Assembly: GCA_015493475.1 (NCBI GenBank)
Contig: WGDC01000026.1
Location: 19,116-83,115 of the forward strand
Length of the DNA: 64,000 nt
Direction: 5' to 3'
From: Deltaproteobacteria bacterium
GTDB taxonomy: Bacteria; Desulfobacterota; Dissulfuribacteria; Dissulfuribacterales; QOAL01
Shown here: positions 46,961 to 55,827 of the stretch, in pieces
How positions within the stretch are numbered: the stretch's first letter is position 1
Layout of the letters: each line of letters opens with the position of its first letter
The notes under the pieces: model-generated
Databases searched by the model: none
Seen by the model: only the letters and a program-made list of their open reading frames with translations
What the model was told of the DNA's origin: nothing
Translations under genes and position numbers: made by a program

Positions 46961-47490
46961 ATCTCCCAAACCTTCTTACTATCCTGAGGATACTTTTGAC
47001 GCCGCTCCTGGTAATTTTCCTCATAAACAAGCGCTTTGACCTGGCTTTCGTAGTATTTGCCCTGGCAGGCATATCAGATGGCCTGGACGGTTTTCTTGCA
47101 AGGATCATGAAACAGAAAACGCGTATCGGTGCCATTCTTGATCCCATAGCGGACAAGGCACTCCTTGCCTCCGCCTACATCACCCTGTCTGTAATAGGCC
47201 TCGTGCCCAACTGGCTCGCCGTGACAGTGATAAGCAGGGATATAATCATAGTTTTTGGCGTACTGGTGCTTTTACTCTTCCAGTCCGGAATTGAGATACA
47301 CCCGACTATCATCAGTAAATTGACAACCCTTTTCCAGCTCTTAACCATTTTTACGGTGCTCTTTTGCACTGTGACACGTGTTGACCTGGAACGGCTCCTT
47401 TTCGGCTGTTACATAGCAACTGGAATCCTTACGGTAGCATCTGGCCTTCATTACCTTTACAAGGGTATCCTTATGCTTGGGAACGAATAG
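46957..47490 (+). CDS. CDP-alcohol phosphatidyltransferase (PgsA-like)
   Basis: Motif DGLDGFLARIMKQKTRIGAILDPIADK (D-G-x2-A-R-x8-G-x3-D-x3-D). About 4-5 TM segments. 177 aa. Confidence 0.85.
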   Translation: MNLPNLLTILRILLTPLLVIFLINKRFDLAFVVFALAGISDGLDGFLARIMKQKTRIGAILDPIADKALLASAYITLSVIGLVPNWLAVTVISRDIIIVFGVLVLLLFQSGIEIHPTIISKLTTLFQLLTIFTVLFCTVTRVDLERLLFGCYIATGILTVASGLHYLYKGILMLGNE

Positions 47491-47543
47491 CTTGAACAGC
47501 ACTGTGATCTGTGGTAAACAACAGCCGTTTTTTACGGCATGTT

Positions 47544-47620
47544 CGGGGCGTGGCGCAGTCTGGTAGCGCATCTGCTTTGGGAGCAGAGGGCCGGGGGTTC
47601 AAATCCCTCCGCCCCGACCA
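47544..47620 (+). tRNA. tRNA-Pro (anticodon TGG), CCA encoded
   Basis: Cloverleaf: acceptor CGGGGCG/CGCCCCG, D-arm GCGC-AGTCTGGTA-GCGC, anticodon arm TCTGC-TTTGGGA-GCAGA, T-arm GGGGG-TTCAAAT-CCCTC, then A-CCA. Confidence 0.92.
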
Positions 47621-47791
47621 TTCATCTGTAATAGTATTAACCTGTTTAATGTCTTTATTTCCTGCTGCTTATCGGCATTCTATACCTACGCCATTAAAAA
47701 AAGATTTGACATATTCAGGAAAGAAAAGTTAGTCTTATAGGTCTAATCTTTTTCCGGCTTGATAAAATCTTCCGATAATTTTTCAATAAAT

Positions 47792-48691
47792 ATGAATGAC
47801 TTTTGCTTAAAAAATTACATCCGGGAACGCAAGCAGATGGTTGACAGGCAAATCGATGTGTTATTGCCACAGCCGGAAGGTCCTTCTGGGAAGGTGGTAG
47901 AAGCGATGCGCTACAGCCTTTCCGCCGGCGGCAAGAGAGTCAGGCCGATCCTGATGATGGCGGCTTGCGAAGCCGTGGGCGGAGACTTCAAAAGTATCCT
48001 GCCGGCAGCCTGCGCAATGGAATGCGTACACACATATTCCCTTATCCATGACGACCTGCCTGCCATGGACAATGACGATTTAAGACGCGGCAAGCCTACC
48101 TGCCACAAGGTATTCGGCGAGGCGGTAGCCATTCTCGCAGGAGACGGGCTTCTTACCTACGCCTTTGAGCTCATGACGCATCCAGACCTGCTATCACGTG
48201 TTGATTCCGCCACGGTTAACCAGGCCGTATCTATCTTTGCGCGTGCCGCAGGAGTTCATGGAATGGTCGGTGGTCAGACAGCAGATGTACTTTTCGAGGG
48301 AAGACCCATTGACGCTGATATACTTTCGTACATACACCGTCACAAGACGGGAGCCCTCATCAGGGCCTCGGTGGAGATGGGGGCCCTGCTTGGTAACGGG
48401 GACTCTGGGGAGGTGGAGCGCCTTTCAAGGTATGGAACCGCACTCGGACTGGCCTTCCAAGTGATTGATGATCTTCTTGATGTGGTAGGTGATGAGGATA
48501 AAATAGGGAAACCCGTAGGCTCAGACGAAAGGAATATGAAGGCCACGTATCCGGCACTCTTCGGTCTTGAGGAGACGAGGAAGAGGGCGCTGGAACTGAA
48601 AGATGAAGCCCTTGGGAATTTAGCGGAATTTGGTCCCGAAGCCGAGCCGTTGAGGGCAATAGCCATCTATGTGGTAGAAAGAGACAGATAA
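47792..48691 (+). CDS. ispA: (2E,6E)-farnesyl/geranylgeranyl diphosphate synthase
   Basis: [38 protein letters not shown] take the start at the ATG (MNDFCLKNY); the track TTG at 47759 is less likely. Confidence 0.9.
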   Translation: MNDFCLKNYIRERKQMVDRQIDVLLPQPEGPSGKVVEAMRYSLSAGGKRVRPILMMAACEAVGGDFKSILPAACAMECVHTYSLIHDDLPAMDNDDLRRGKPTCHKVFGEAVAILAGDGLLTYAFELMTHPDLLSRVDSATVNQAVSIFARAAGVHGMVGGQTADVLFEGRPIDADILSYIHRHKTGALIRASVEMGALLGNGDSGEVERLSRYGTALGLAFQVIDDLLDVVGDEDKIGKPVGSDERNMKATYPALFGLEETRKRALELKDEALGNLAEFGPEAEPLRAIAIYVVERDR

Positions 48692-48710
48692 AAAAGGAGT
48701 TTTTTCAGAT

Positions 48711-50639
48711 ATGTCTTGCATATTGAACAGCATAAACAGTCCTGATGATCTCAGAAAACTGAGCGAGAAGGAGCTCAATGATCTGGCGGGAGAGATCAGG
48801 AAGACCATAGTAACCACGGTTTCGGAAAAGGGCGGACACCTTGCCCCAAGCCTTGGCGTGGTGGAGCTGACCCTGGCCCTTCACTATTGTTTTGAATCAC
48901 CTAAGGACAAGATCATCTGGGATGTTGGCCACCAATCCTATGCGCACAAGCTGATCACCGGCCGAAGGGACCGCTTCTCCACTCTCAGACAACAGGATGG
49001 AATAAGCGGCTTCCCTAAAAGAGCGGAAAGCAAGCATGACATACTTGATACCGGTCACAGTAGTACTTCCATTTCGGCTGCGCTCGGCTTGACAACGGCC
49101 CTTTCTCTGCTCGATAAGGAGGGGAAGGTAGTGGCGGTGATAGGGGATGGCTCCATGACCGCAGGCATGGCCTTTGAGGCATTGAACAACGCGGGCCATT
49201 TAAGAAAGGATCTCATCGTTGTGCTGAACGACAACGAGATGTCCATTTCTCCAAATGTAGGCGCTCTTTCGTCCTTCCTGAGCCGTAAACTTACGAGCAG
49301 GCTAGCCACAAGGCTCAAGACAGATCTGGAATCCTTTCTGAAACGATCGGAGGTTGGAGAGAATATTTGGCAGGTGCTGAAAAAGAGCGAAGATTCTCTA
49401 AAAAGCCTCCTGACGCCGGGCATGCTCTTTGAGGCCCTCCAGTTTGAGTACGTTGGGCCTATCCCCGGCCACCATATTGACACTCTCATCGAGACATTTG
49501 AAAATGTAAAGAACGTCCCTGGCCCGGTGCTTGTCCACGTGCTTACTAAGAAGGGTAAGGGCTATGCTCCGGCCGAGAAACATCCGGATCTATTTCACGG
49601 CCTTGGCCCATTTGATATTGCAACCGGAAAGCCCAAGAAGTCTCCATCCCCAAGACCCCCATCTTACACAGAGATATTTGGGCAGACCATGGTGAGACTT
49701 GCAAGGGAAGATTCCAAGATCGTGGGGATCACGGCTGCAATGCCTGCCGGCACTGGGCTGAAGGCTCTTCAGGAATCCCTTCCAGAGCGTTTCTTCGATG
49801 TGGGAATAGCAGAACAGCATGCCGTCACCTTTGCTGCTGGCATGGCCATCGAGGGGCTGAAGCCGGTAGTTGCAATATATTCCACATTTCTTCAGAGGGC
49901 TTTCGACCAGATAATCCACGACGTTTGTCTTACCGGGTTACCCGTGGTGTTCGCTCTTGACAGGGGAGGGCTCGTAGGCGATGACGGTCCTACCCATCAT
50001 GGGGTATTTGATCTTTCCTACCTTAGAATGATACCAAACATGGTAGTAATGGCGCCAAAAGATGAAAATGAACTCCAGCACATGCTTTACACGGCCATAA
50101 GGCATGATGGCCCTGCGGCGGTGCGTTATCCGAGGGGCAACGGCGTGGGGGTAAGCCTTGACTGGCAGCTAAGGGAACTGCCCATAGGCAGGGCCGAGGT
50201 ATTGAAAGAGGGGCAAGACCTGTCCATCTGGGCCATCGGGCACCACGTTCACACCGCACTGCTTGCAGCTGAGGAGCTTGAAAGGCAAGGTATAAAGGCG
50301 GCCGTGATAAATGCACGGTTCGTTAAGCCTCTTGACGAGGACCTGATAGGGAAGACGGCAGAGAAGTGCGGCAAGATAGTAACCATTGAAGAAAATGTAC
50401 TCCTTGGGGGTTTCGGCTCTGCAATCCTCGAGATACTATCGGAAAAGGGATTCTGCGACGTCATGGTCAGGAGAATAGGGCTACCAGACAGGTTTATCGA
50501 GCACGGTAGCCAGCAGCTTTTGAGAAAGCAGGTTGGCCTTGACGTTGATTCTGTTGTCAACACATGCAAGCAGATGGTGAAAAGTGTAACCACTGGCGAT
50601 GTTGATACCCCAAGGGTTCATCCGCTGCCTATTCAGTAG
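48711..50639 (+). CDS. dxs: 1-deoxy-D-xylulose-5-phosphate synthase
   Basis: [14 protein letters not shown]. ThDP motif [18 protein letters not shown]. 642 aa. Follows ispA, as in many bacteria. Confidence 0.95.
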   Translation: MSCILNSINSPDDLRKLSEKELNDLAGEIRKTIVTTVSEKGGHLAPSLGVVELTLALHYCFESPKDKIIWDVGHQSYAHKLITGRRDRFSTLRQQDGISGFPKRAESKHDILDTGHSSTSISAALGLTTALSLLDKEGKVVAVIGDGSMTAGMAFEALNNAGHLRKDLIVVLNDNEMSISPNVGALSSFLSRKLTSRLATRLKTDLESFLKRSEVGENIWQVLKKSEDSLKSLLTPGMLFEALQFEYVGPIPGHHIDTLIETFENVKNVPGPVLVHVLTKKGKGYAPAEKHPDLFHGLGPFDIATGKPKKSPSPRPPSYTEIFGQTMVRLAREDSKIVGITAAMPAGTGLKALQESLPERFFDVGIAEQHAVTFAAGMAIEGLKPVVAIYSTFLQRAFDQIIHDVCLTGLPVVFALDRGGLVGDDGPTHHGVFDLSYLRMIPNMVVMAPKDENELQHMLYTAIRHDGPAAVRYPRGNGVGVSLDWQLRELPIGRAEVLKEGQDLSIWAIGHHVHTALLAAEELERQGIKAAVINARFVKPLDEDLIGKTAEKCGKIVTIEENVLLGGFGSAILEILSEKGFCDVMVRRIGLPDRFIEHGSQQLLRKQVGLDVDSVVNTCKQMVKSVTTGDVDTPRVHPLPIQ

Positions 50640-50933
50640 CTTATTATCTTTAGAAAAAACCCCAACAAGTCCCCGCTCATGGAGGTGTGCGGCATCGTAA
50701 GTGTGTCAAAAAACCACGTCATGAATTTGACAACCGTGACTTTTCTACCACACTTAATTTTTCATATTTAAGGAATTACATTCAAACTGTTTCGTATAAA
50801 TTGATTTTTCTTGCTGGAGCAGGAACTTTCCCGCCATTTTTGCATTCTTCCATAAGGTTATCTTTTTATAAAAGGGTCTCTTTGCCTGAAAAATTATATT
50901 GAAGCCATATTTTATTCCCCGGTTTGATAAATT

Positions 50934-50949
50934 TGGTACGCGTCATGCT
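50934..50949 (+). promoter_or_regulatory. sigma54-type (-24/-12) promoter candidate
   Basis: TGGTACG-CGTC-ATGCT compared with the consensus TGGCACG-N4-TTGCW. GG and GC are separated by the canonical 10 nt. Lies about 65 nt upstream of the small-ORF ATG. Confidence 0.45.
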
Positions 50950-51012
50950 ATGCAAAAAATTAAATAAAAAACACAAGGCAAGCGTAAACAGTTAAGCAGA
51001 CAGGAGTAAAAA

Positions 51013-51132
51013 ATGTTTTGTCTGAAAAATCCCAACAGGCGTACGCAACCTGCCATATGCAACAACTGTAAAAGAAAGTGCGAGAGAGCAGGAAAACGCC
51101 AGAATAAGACAAAGGCCCGCAGGATGCGGTAA
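51013..51132 (+). CDS. unannotated 39-aa Cys-rich, extremely basic small protein
   Basis: AGGAG lies 6 nt before the ATG. Translation: MFCLKNPNRRTQPAICNNCKRKCERAGKRQNKTKARRMR (4 Cys, 14 K/R, 1 acidic residue). Below the ORF-track length cut-off. Confidence 0.4.
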   Translation: MFCLKNPNRRTQPAICNNCKRKCERAGKRQNKTKARRMR

Positions 51133-51190
51133 TTGTTTAGTAAACAAGCCGGGGAATGGCCATCAGCCTCCTCCTTTTACGTCTTGGCAT

Positions 51191-52033
51191 TTAGTTTTTC
51201 TTTGCTTTTATGGCCGAAACGGCCTCTTCTCCGCCAGAAAAACTTTCTTTCTTCGATGGAAATTCTCCGGCTTCCACCTCTTCCTTGAACAAGCCTATGG
51301 CATTTTTGATGTCTGGAGCAAGATTAACGTATTTTTTTACAAAGCTTGGAGTGAATTTTTCAAAAAGTCCTATAAGGTCGTGGGTCACCAGCACCTGACC
51401 GTCACATTTGTTTCCAGCCCCTATTCCAATTGTCGGGATATCAACGGTTTCGGTAATAAGCCCTGATAGTTCAGCGGGTACGCACTCGAGCACGATGGCA
51501 AAGGCACCCGAGTCTGCAACCGCCACTGCATCTTCGAATATCTTCTTCGCCTCCTCTATGTTCCGTCCCTGCACCTTGAATCCCCCGAGGCTTGATGCGG
51601 TCTGGGGAGTAAGTCCAACATGACCCATTACAGGTATACCGGCAGAAACAATCTTTTCAATTGTGCGCGCAACAACTCTGCCGCCTTCAAGTTTTACCGC
51701 ATCACAACCGGCCTCCTTAACGAACCGGCCGGCATTTTTCAATGCATCTTCCCGACTTACCTGATATGACATAAATGGCATGTCGCCGATCACCATTGCT
51801 TTTGTCACCGCCCTGTTAACCGCTTTGCAGTGGTGAAGCATTTCTTCCATGGTCACGGGTACCGTGGAATCATAGCCGAGCATAACCATGCCGAGCGAGT
51901 CGCCCACGAGCACCATGTCAATGGAACAGCCATCTATGAGCCGGGCGAAGCTGTAATCGTAGGCAGTGAGCATGGTAAGCCTTGGTCCGCTCTTTTTCCT
52001 TTTGCGTATCTCAGTAGGGGTAATCCTATGCAT
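51191..52033 (-). CDS. panB: 3-methyl-2-oxobutanoate hydroxymethyltransferase
   Basis: MHRITPTEIRKRKKSGPRLTMLTAYDY... and ...KLEGG... motifs. I place the start at the ATG at 52033 (GGAGG 8 nt upstream). The track start at 52135 runs into rnpB. Confidence 0.92.
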   Translation of the reverse strand: MHRITPTEIRKRKKSGPRLTMLTAYDYSFARLIDGCSIDMVLVGDSLGMVMLGYDSTVPVTMEEMLHHCKAVNRAVTKAMVIGDMPFMSYQVSREDALKNAGRFVKEAGCDAVKLEGGRVVARTIEKIVSAGIPVMGHVGLTPQTASSLGGFKVQGRNIEEAKKIFEDAVAVADSGAFAIVLECVPAELSGLITETVDIPTIGIGAGNKCDGQVLVTHDLIGLFEKFTPSFVKKYVNLAPDIKNAIGLFKEEVEAGEFPSKKESFSGGEEAVSAIKAKKN

Positions 52034-52057
52034 GGCTGACGCCTCCATGAAAGAAAG

Positions 52058-52440
52058 GCCCGGCAGAGGGCTATAAGCCGGGTTCTGTATTCCGGCAGGC
52101 CGTAACATGGCCTCTCCGAAACGATGATCATTCATCTATGATGCCGGTCGCCCGGCACCTCAAGCAACCTACCCGGAGACTCGGACGGGCCGCCCTCAAA
52201 CGTCTCCCTATTTGGTCTTGCTCCAGGTGGGGTTTACCAAGCCTGCAAAGTCGCCCTTGCAGCTGGTGAGCTCTTACCTCACCTTTTCACCCTTACCCCG
52301 CCGATGACAGGGCGGTCTGTTTTCTGTGGCACTTTCCCTGGGGTCACCCCCGGTTCGCGTTACGAACCACCTTGCCCTGTGGAGCCCGGACTTTCCTCCT
52401 GCCGCTAAAGCGGGGCAGGCGATCATCCGCCCTCTGCAGG
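52058..52440 (-). ncRNA. rnpB: RNase P RNA, bacterial type A
   Basis: The reverse complement contains the universal blocks GGAGGAAAGTCCGGGCTCCACAGGGCA, GGTAAGGGTGAAAAGGTGAGGTAAGAGCTCACC, AGATGAATGA and ACAGAACCCGGCTTAT. P1 pairing links GCAGAGGGC (5' end) with GCCCTCTGC (3' end). Ends are accurate to about 5 nt. Confidence 0.93.
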
Positions 52441-52460
52441 ACCTGTATAAAATCTAATTA

Positions 52461-53174
52461 TTAACTCTCCGTCTTCAATGCGTAAATGATTCTCTGGCAG
52501 GACGGACAGTAAAGTATCCTCTCTTCTCTAAGCAGCTCGTTAAACATTTGTGGAGGGATATTCATGTTGCAGGCGCTGCACACTCCCTGATCTACTGCGG
52601 CAACGACTATTCCAGCCCTCTTGTCAGCGAGGAACCGATACCTGTCGAGAAGATCGGGTTTGACATCCTTTTCCACTTCATTCCTTTCCTTGGTTAGCGC
52701 CTCGATCTTGGTGTCGTAATCCTTTTCTCCCGTCTCTATATGTTTTTTTTCTGCAGCGGCCTCCTTTTCAAAGCCGTCTATTTCGTTTTTCAGTTTTTTG
52801 GCCTCTTTCTTAAGCTCGTCTATCTGTTCCTCGAGCTGGAGGATTTCATCCTCTCTGGCCTTGTTCGCCCTTTTTATCTCTTCTATCTCCTTGGAGAGCG
52901 CCTGGAATTCTCTGTTGGTCTTAACTGCGGTAAGTTTTTGCTGTGACTTTTTAAGACGTTCAAGTTCCAGCTCAAGTTCGTCCTCCACCTCGGTCTTTCT
53001 TGTCCGAAGGTCCGCAAGTCTGTCCTTAAGTTCCTCTATCTCCCTGCCTTTCTCCTGGATAGTCTCATTAAGAGCGTCAAATCTCTCCGGGAGTTTTTCC
53101 TTCTCCGCCTGGAGTTTCCTGATCTCAAGATCAATCCCCTGTAGTCTAATGAGTACAGATAGTTCCGGTTTCAA
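52461..53174 (-). CDS. coiled-coil protein with C-terminal C4 zinc ribbon (COG1579/DUF164 family)
   Basis: Long heptad-rich E/K/L coiled coil. C-terminal CSACNMNIP...CPSCQRI. TTG start. Typical partner of Nif3. Confidence 0.8.
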   Translation of the reverse strand: MKPELSVLIRLQGIDLEIRKLQAEKEKLPERFDALNETIQEKGREIEELKDRLADLRTRKTEVEDELELELERLKKSQQKLTAVKTNREFQALSKEIEEIKRANKAREDEILQLEEQIDELKKEAKKLKNEIDGFEKEAAAEKKHIETGEKDYDTKIEALTKERNEVEKDVKPDLLDRYRFLADKRAGIVVAAVDQGVCSACNMNIPPQMFNELLREERILYCPSCQRIIYALKTES

Positions 53175-53189
53175 TGTGGCTCACCTCGT

Positions 53190-54032
53190 TTATCTTTTAT
53201 CTGAAATTGTTTCTTTTCTTGATACCGTTTGATAGAAATAGGTAGGCGGTCTTTCGTCGTCAAAGACCGCTACAGTGATATTCCACCCTTCAGCCTTGCC
53301 CGTCTCTGTCAGGAAACCCGATATGCTGGCCACAACGGGCTGTTCTGTCTCGAAGTGCCCTGCATCAAGAAGAAGAACGCCCTCGGCTTCTGCCTTTCTC
53401 GCAACACTGTGTTTTATCTCCGCAGTCACAAAGGCCTGAACCCCTTCAGCAAGGGCATAGTCAAACAGGGATGACCCAGACCCGGAACATACTGATACAC
53501 TTCTGATGGACATGCTGACCCTGCCCGCGTAAGGCAGACACTTCAAAGAAAGCCTTTCACGCACGTATTCCAGGAACTCTTCTTGAGCCATGGATTTTTT
53601 CAGTCTGCCTGTTCTTCCGAGGCCTACACCGGGAATACCCTTAGAAGGCACAAGGGGGTGCCTGTCTGTTATTTCAAGCAAATCACATAGCCTGTCATTG
53701 ACCCCGCCCGTGCACGAATCGAGATTGGTATGCATGGATATTACAGAGATTTCATGGCGTAAAAAACCCGCCAGGAGGCGGGCCGTATAATTTTTCAGAT
53801 TAAGGCAGCTCAGAGGTTTGAAGATCAAGGGATGATGAGAAATTACAAGATCAGCCCCATTTTCCAAGGCGAAGGAGAGGGAGGCCGGTGTGATGTCAAG
53901 GCAGATGGCAATTGTTTCTACATCTGCTTCAGGATTTCCACATTGAAGACCCACATTGTCCCATTCCTCTGCGAGGGACCTGGGAGCCCATTTGAAAAGG
54001 GCCTCCTCTATTTCTTTAACCGTTGTTGCCAT
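53190..54032 (-). CDS. Nif3-like dinuclear metal centre protein (YbgI/GTP cyclohydrolase 1 type 2 homologue)
   Basis: WDNVGLQCG..., ISHHPLIFKP..., HTNLD... and ...DAGHFETE motifs. I take the start at MATTVKEIEE; the track TTG at 54086 is less likely. Confidence 0.88.
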   Translation of the reverse strand: MATTVKEIEEALFKWAPRSLAEEWDNVGLQCGNPEADVETIAICLDITPASLSFALENGADLVISHHPLIFKPLSCLNLKNYTARLLAGFLRHEISVISMHTNLDSCTGGVNDRLCDLLEITDRHPLVPSKGIPGVGLGRTGRLKKSMAQEEFLEYVRERLSLKCLPYAGRVSMSIRSVSVCSGSGSSLFDYALAEGVQAFVTAEIKHSVARKAEAEGVLLLDAGHFETEQPVVASISGFLTETGKAEGWNITVAVFDDERPPTYFYQTVSRKETISDKR

Positions 54033-54176
54033 ATTTGTACTAAATGTAACATTAAAAAAGGTGCAATCCTTGGATTGCACCTTCAAATAATTGCCAAGTA
54101 GCTATTTTTTCGTATAATTAAACATATCTTAGACTCTCAAATACACTGCCAAAGAACCTCTGTCAAAATACCACAT

Positions 54177-54250
54177 TGGGCCCACCAGGATTCGAACCTG
54201 GGACCAACCGGTTATGAGCCGGTGGCTCTGACCAACTGAGCTATGGGCCC
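54177..54250 (-). tRNA. tRNA with CAT anticodon (elongator Met or lysidine-modified Ile2); CCA not encoded
   Basis: The reverse complement GGGCCCATAGCTCAGTTGGTCAGAGCCACCGGCTCATAACCGGTTGGTCCCAGGTTCGAATCCTGGTGGGCCCA folds as a cloverleaf. The G1-C72 pair and the absence of a GGG/CCC anticodon stem exclude an initiator tRNA. Confidence 0.9.
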
Positions 54251-54265
54251 TGAACTGAAAACGAC

Positions 54266-54293
54266 AATATATATGCAGTTGAAAAATTGTCAA
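54266..54293 (-). promoter_or_regulatory. candidate sigma70 promoter of the CAT-anticodon tRNA
   Basis: Minus strand TTGACA-N16-TATATT, ending about 15 nt upstream of the mature tRNA 5' end. Confidence 0.5.
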
Positions 54294-54388
54294 GATCGGC
54301 TTAAAGGCAGGCACCTTTCCCAAAATTTGAGCCTGTCCTGTGCATATTACTCCCTTTAAGTTAATATCGTTCTGGACATATTGAAACC

Positions 54389-55804
54389 ATGAAAATTTTT
54401 ACTACAGGCAAAAAGGGCGTTTCCGCCAGGTTTTTTTTCTCTGTGTGTGTCATTTCAACACTGTTCCTTATTGGAGGTTGCCGTGGTTACCATGCTGCGC
54501 CAGAAAAATCCCCATTCCGTCTTCCGGGCAGCTTTTCCGATTCCGGTAAGTCTGCTGTGGAGGCGCGCTGGTGGTGTGAATTCAATGATCCCTTGATGTG
54601 GAAGGCCGTTGACAAGGCCCTTCATGGAAATTTTACTATCAAATCCGCCCTTCAGCGTATCAAGGCCGCTTCAGCTGAGGTAGAAAGGGCGCGATCATCC
54701 CTGTTTCCATGGGTCAACGCTGGTACGGGTCTAAACCATACCATTGAAAAAGAGGGGGGCAGTTATCTGAATAAAGACAGGATTTACATTGATTCAACGG
54801 TGAGTTACGAGGTTGATTTGTGGGGACGGATAAGCTCGGGGGTAAGGGCTGCCGAGTACGATCTTGCGGCACAGCAGGCAGACTATGAAGCGGCAAGGAT
54901 ATCCCTTTCGTCACAGGTGGTTATCAAGTATTTAGAGATAGCGGCCATAGAACAAGAACTGCGATTCATCGGGAAACAAATAATAAGGAACCGTCAGTCC
55001 CTGCAAATTATTGAGGACAAGTACCGTTTCGGCCAGACTGATTCTCTCGACCTTTGGCAGCAGAAACAGCTCGTTGAACAAACTATCTCCAGAAAGATTG
55101 AGGCCGAAAAGGCCTTGGACGCTGCAAAAAAGGAACTCGCCCTGCTAATGGGACTTTCAGCAACCGATTCCCGGGAAATAGAAACATCGAGTGACCTGCC
55201 ACGCCTGCCGCCGCTTCCTCGGACAGGTATACCCGCAGCCGTTATCAGAAGGCGACCCGACTGCATTATGGCCTTGCTTAGGCTAAAGGCTGCGAACCAA
55301 AGGCTTGCAGCAGCTGTGTCCGCTCAATATCCGCAGCTTACCCTGAATGGAAACGTTGAAACCGATGCCTCAGCGGTAAAGGATCTGCTCGAAAATTGGA
55401 TCGTCACTCTTTCTTCATCATTGTTGGCCCCGGTTTTCCAGGGAGGTCAGCTTGAGGCGGATGTTAGGGCGGCAGAGGCAAAGGCCCGCCAACTCCTTTA
55501 CGACTATGGAAATACTCTTCTTTCTGCCATAGAAGAGGTAGAGAATAGTCTGTCAGCCGAAAGACATGAGAGGAAACTGGTCGCTAACATAGAGTCAAGG
55601 CTTGATCTTGCCAGGAAAACCAGCCTTTTCCTGAAGGAAAAATATCTTGCAGGAGACGTAGAGTACCTTAGGTTTCTGGCCTCTCAACTTAGCGTTGACG
55701 AGCTTGAAACGCAGCTTGTCCGTGAACGTTTCAAGTTACTGCAGAACAGGGTCCGCCTTTACAAGGCTCTTGGGGGGCCTATTCCTCCTGAACGGCGGCA
55801 TTAA
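54389..55804 (+). CDS. efflux outer-membrane factor lipoprotein (NodT family)
   Basis: Lipobox LIGGC. Duplicated TolC-like repeats. 471 aa. Confidence 0.88.
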   Translation: MKIFTTGKKGVSARFFFSVCVISTLFLIGGCRGYHAAPEKSPFRLPGSFSDSGKSAVEARWWCEFNDPLMWKAVDKALHGNFTIKSALQRIKAASAEVERARSSLFPWVNAGTGLNHTIEKEGGSYLNKDRIYIDSTVSYEVDLWGRISSGVRAAEYDLAAQQADYEAARISLSSQVVIKYLEIAAIEQELRFIGKQIIRNRQSLQIIEDKYRFGQTDSLDLWQQKQLVEQTISRKIEAEKALDAAKKELALLMGLSATDSREIETSSDLPRLPPLPRTGIPAAVIRRRPDCIMALLRLKAANQRLAAAVSAQYPQLTLNGNVETDASAVKDLLENWIVTLSSSLLAPVFQGGQLEADVRAAEAKARQLLYDYGNTLLSAIEEVENSLSAERHERKLVANIESRLDLARKTSLFLKEKYLAGDVEYLRFLASQLSVDELETQLVRERFKLLQNRVRLYKALGGPIPPERRH

Positions 55805-55827
55805 TCATAATGGTAAATGGTAAGTAG

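Noticed and set aside
47544-47800. tRNA-Pro as a possible integration hotspot, or a missing xseB upstream of ispA
   Set aside because: No integrase, no direct repeat of the tRNA 3' end and no compositional break follows the tRNA. No ORF resembling the exonuclease VII small subunit is present.
50687-50902. 71-aa ORF in the AT-rich dxs-panB spacer
   Set aside because: GTG start without an RBS. Low-complexity sequence dictated by AT-rich DNA (F/L/Y/N/K-rich). No motifs.
52034-52135. N-terminal 34 codons of the 314-aa panB ORF
   Set aside because: The region is the 3' part of rnpB (AGATGAATGA...ACAGAACCCGGCTTAT). The internal ATG at 52033 has a GGAGG RBS and gives a normal-length PanB.
53997-54128. 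Apparent 1-nt mismatch between my reading of the printed sequence (gaaaaggcc at about 53994-54002) and both ORF-track translations crossing it, which require gaaaagggcc
   Set aside because: Most likely my own counting error in a homopolymer at a line break. Track coordinates re-synchronise with my count by 54129. I therefore used track-derived frames for the Nif3-like gene, and hand-derived coordinates in this interval may be off by 1 nt.
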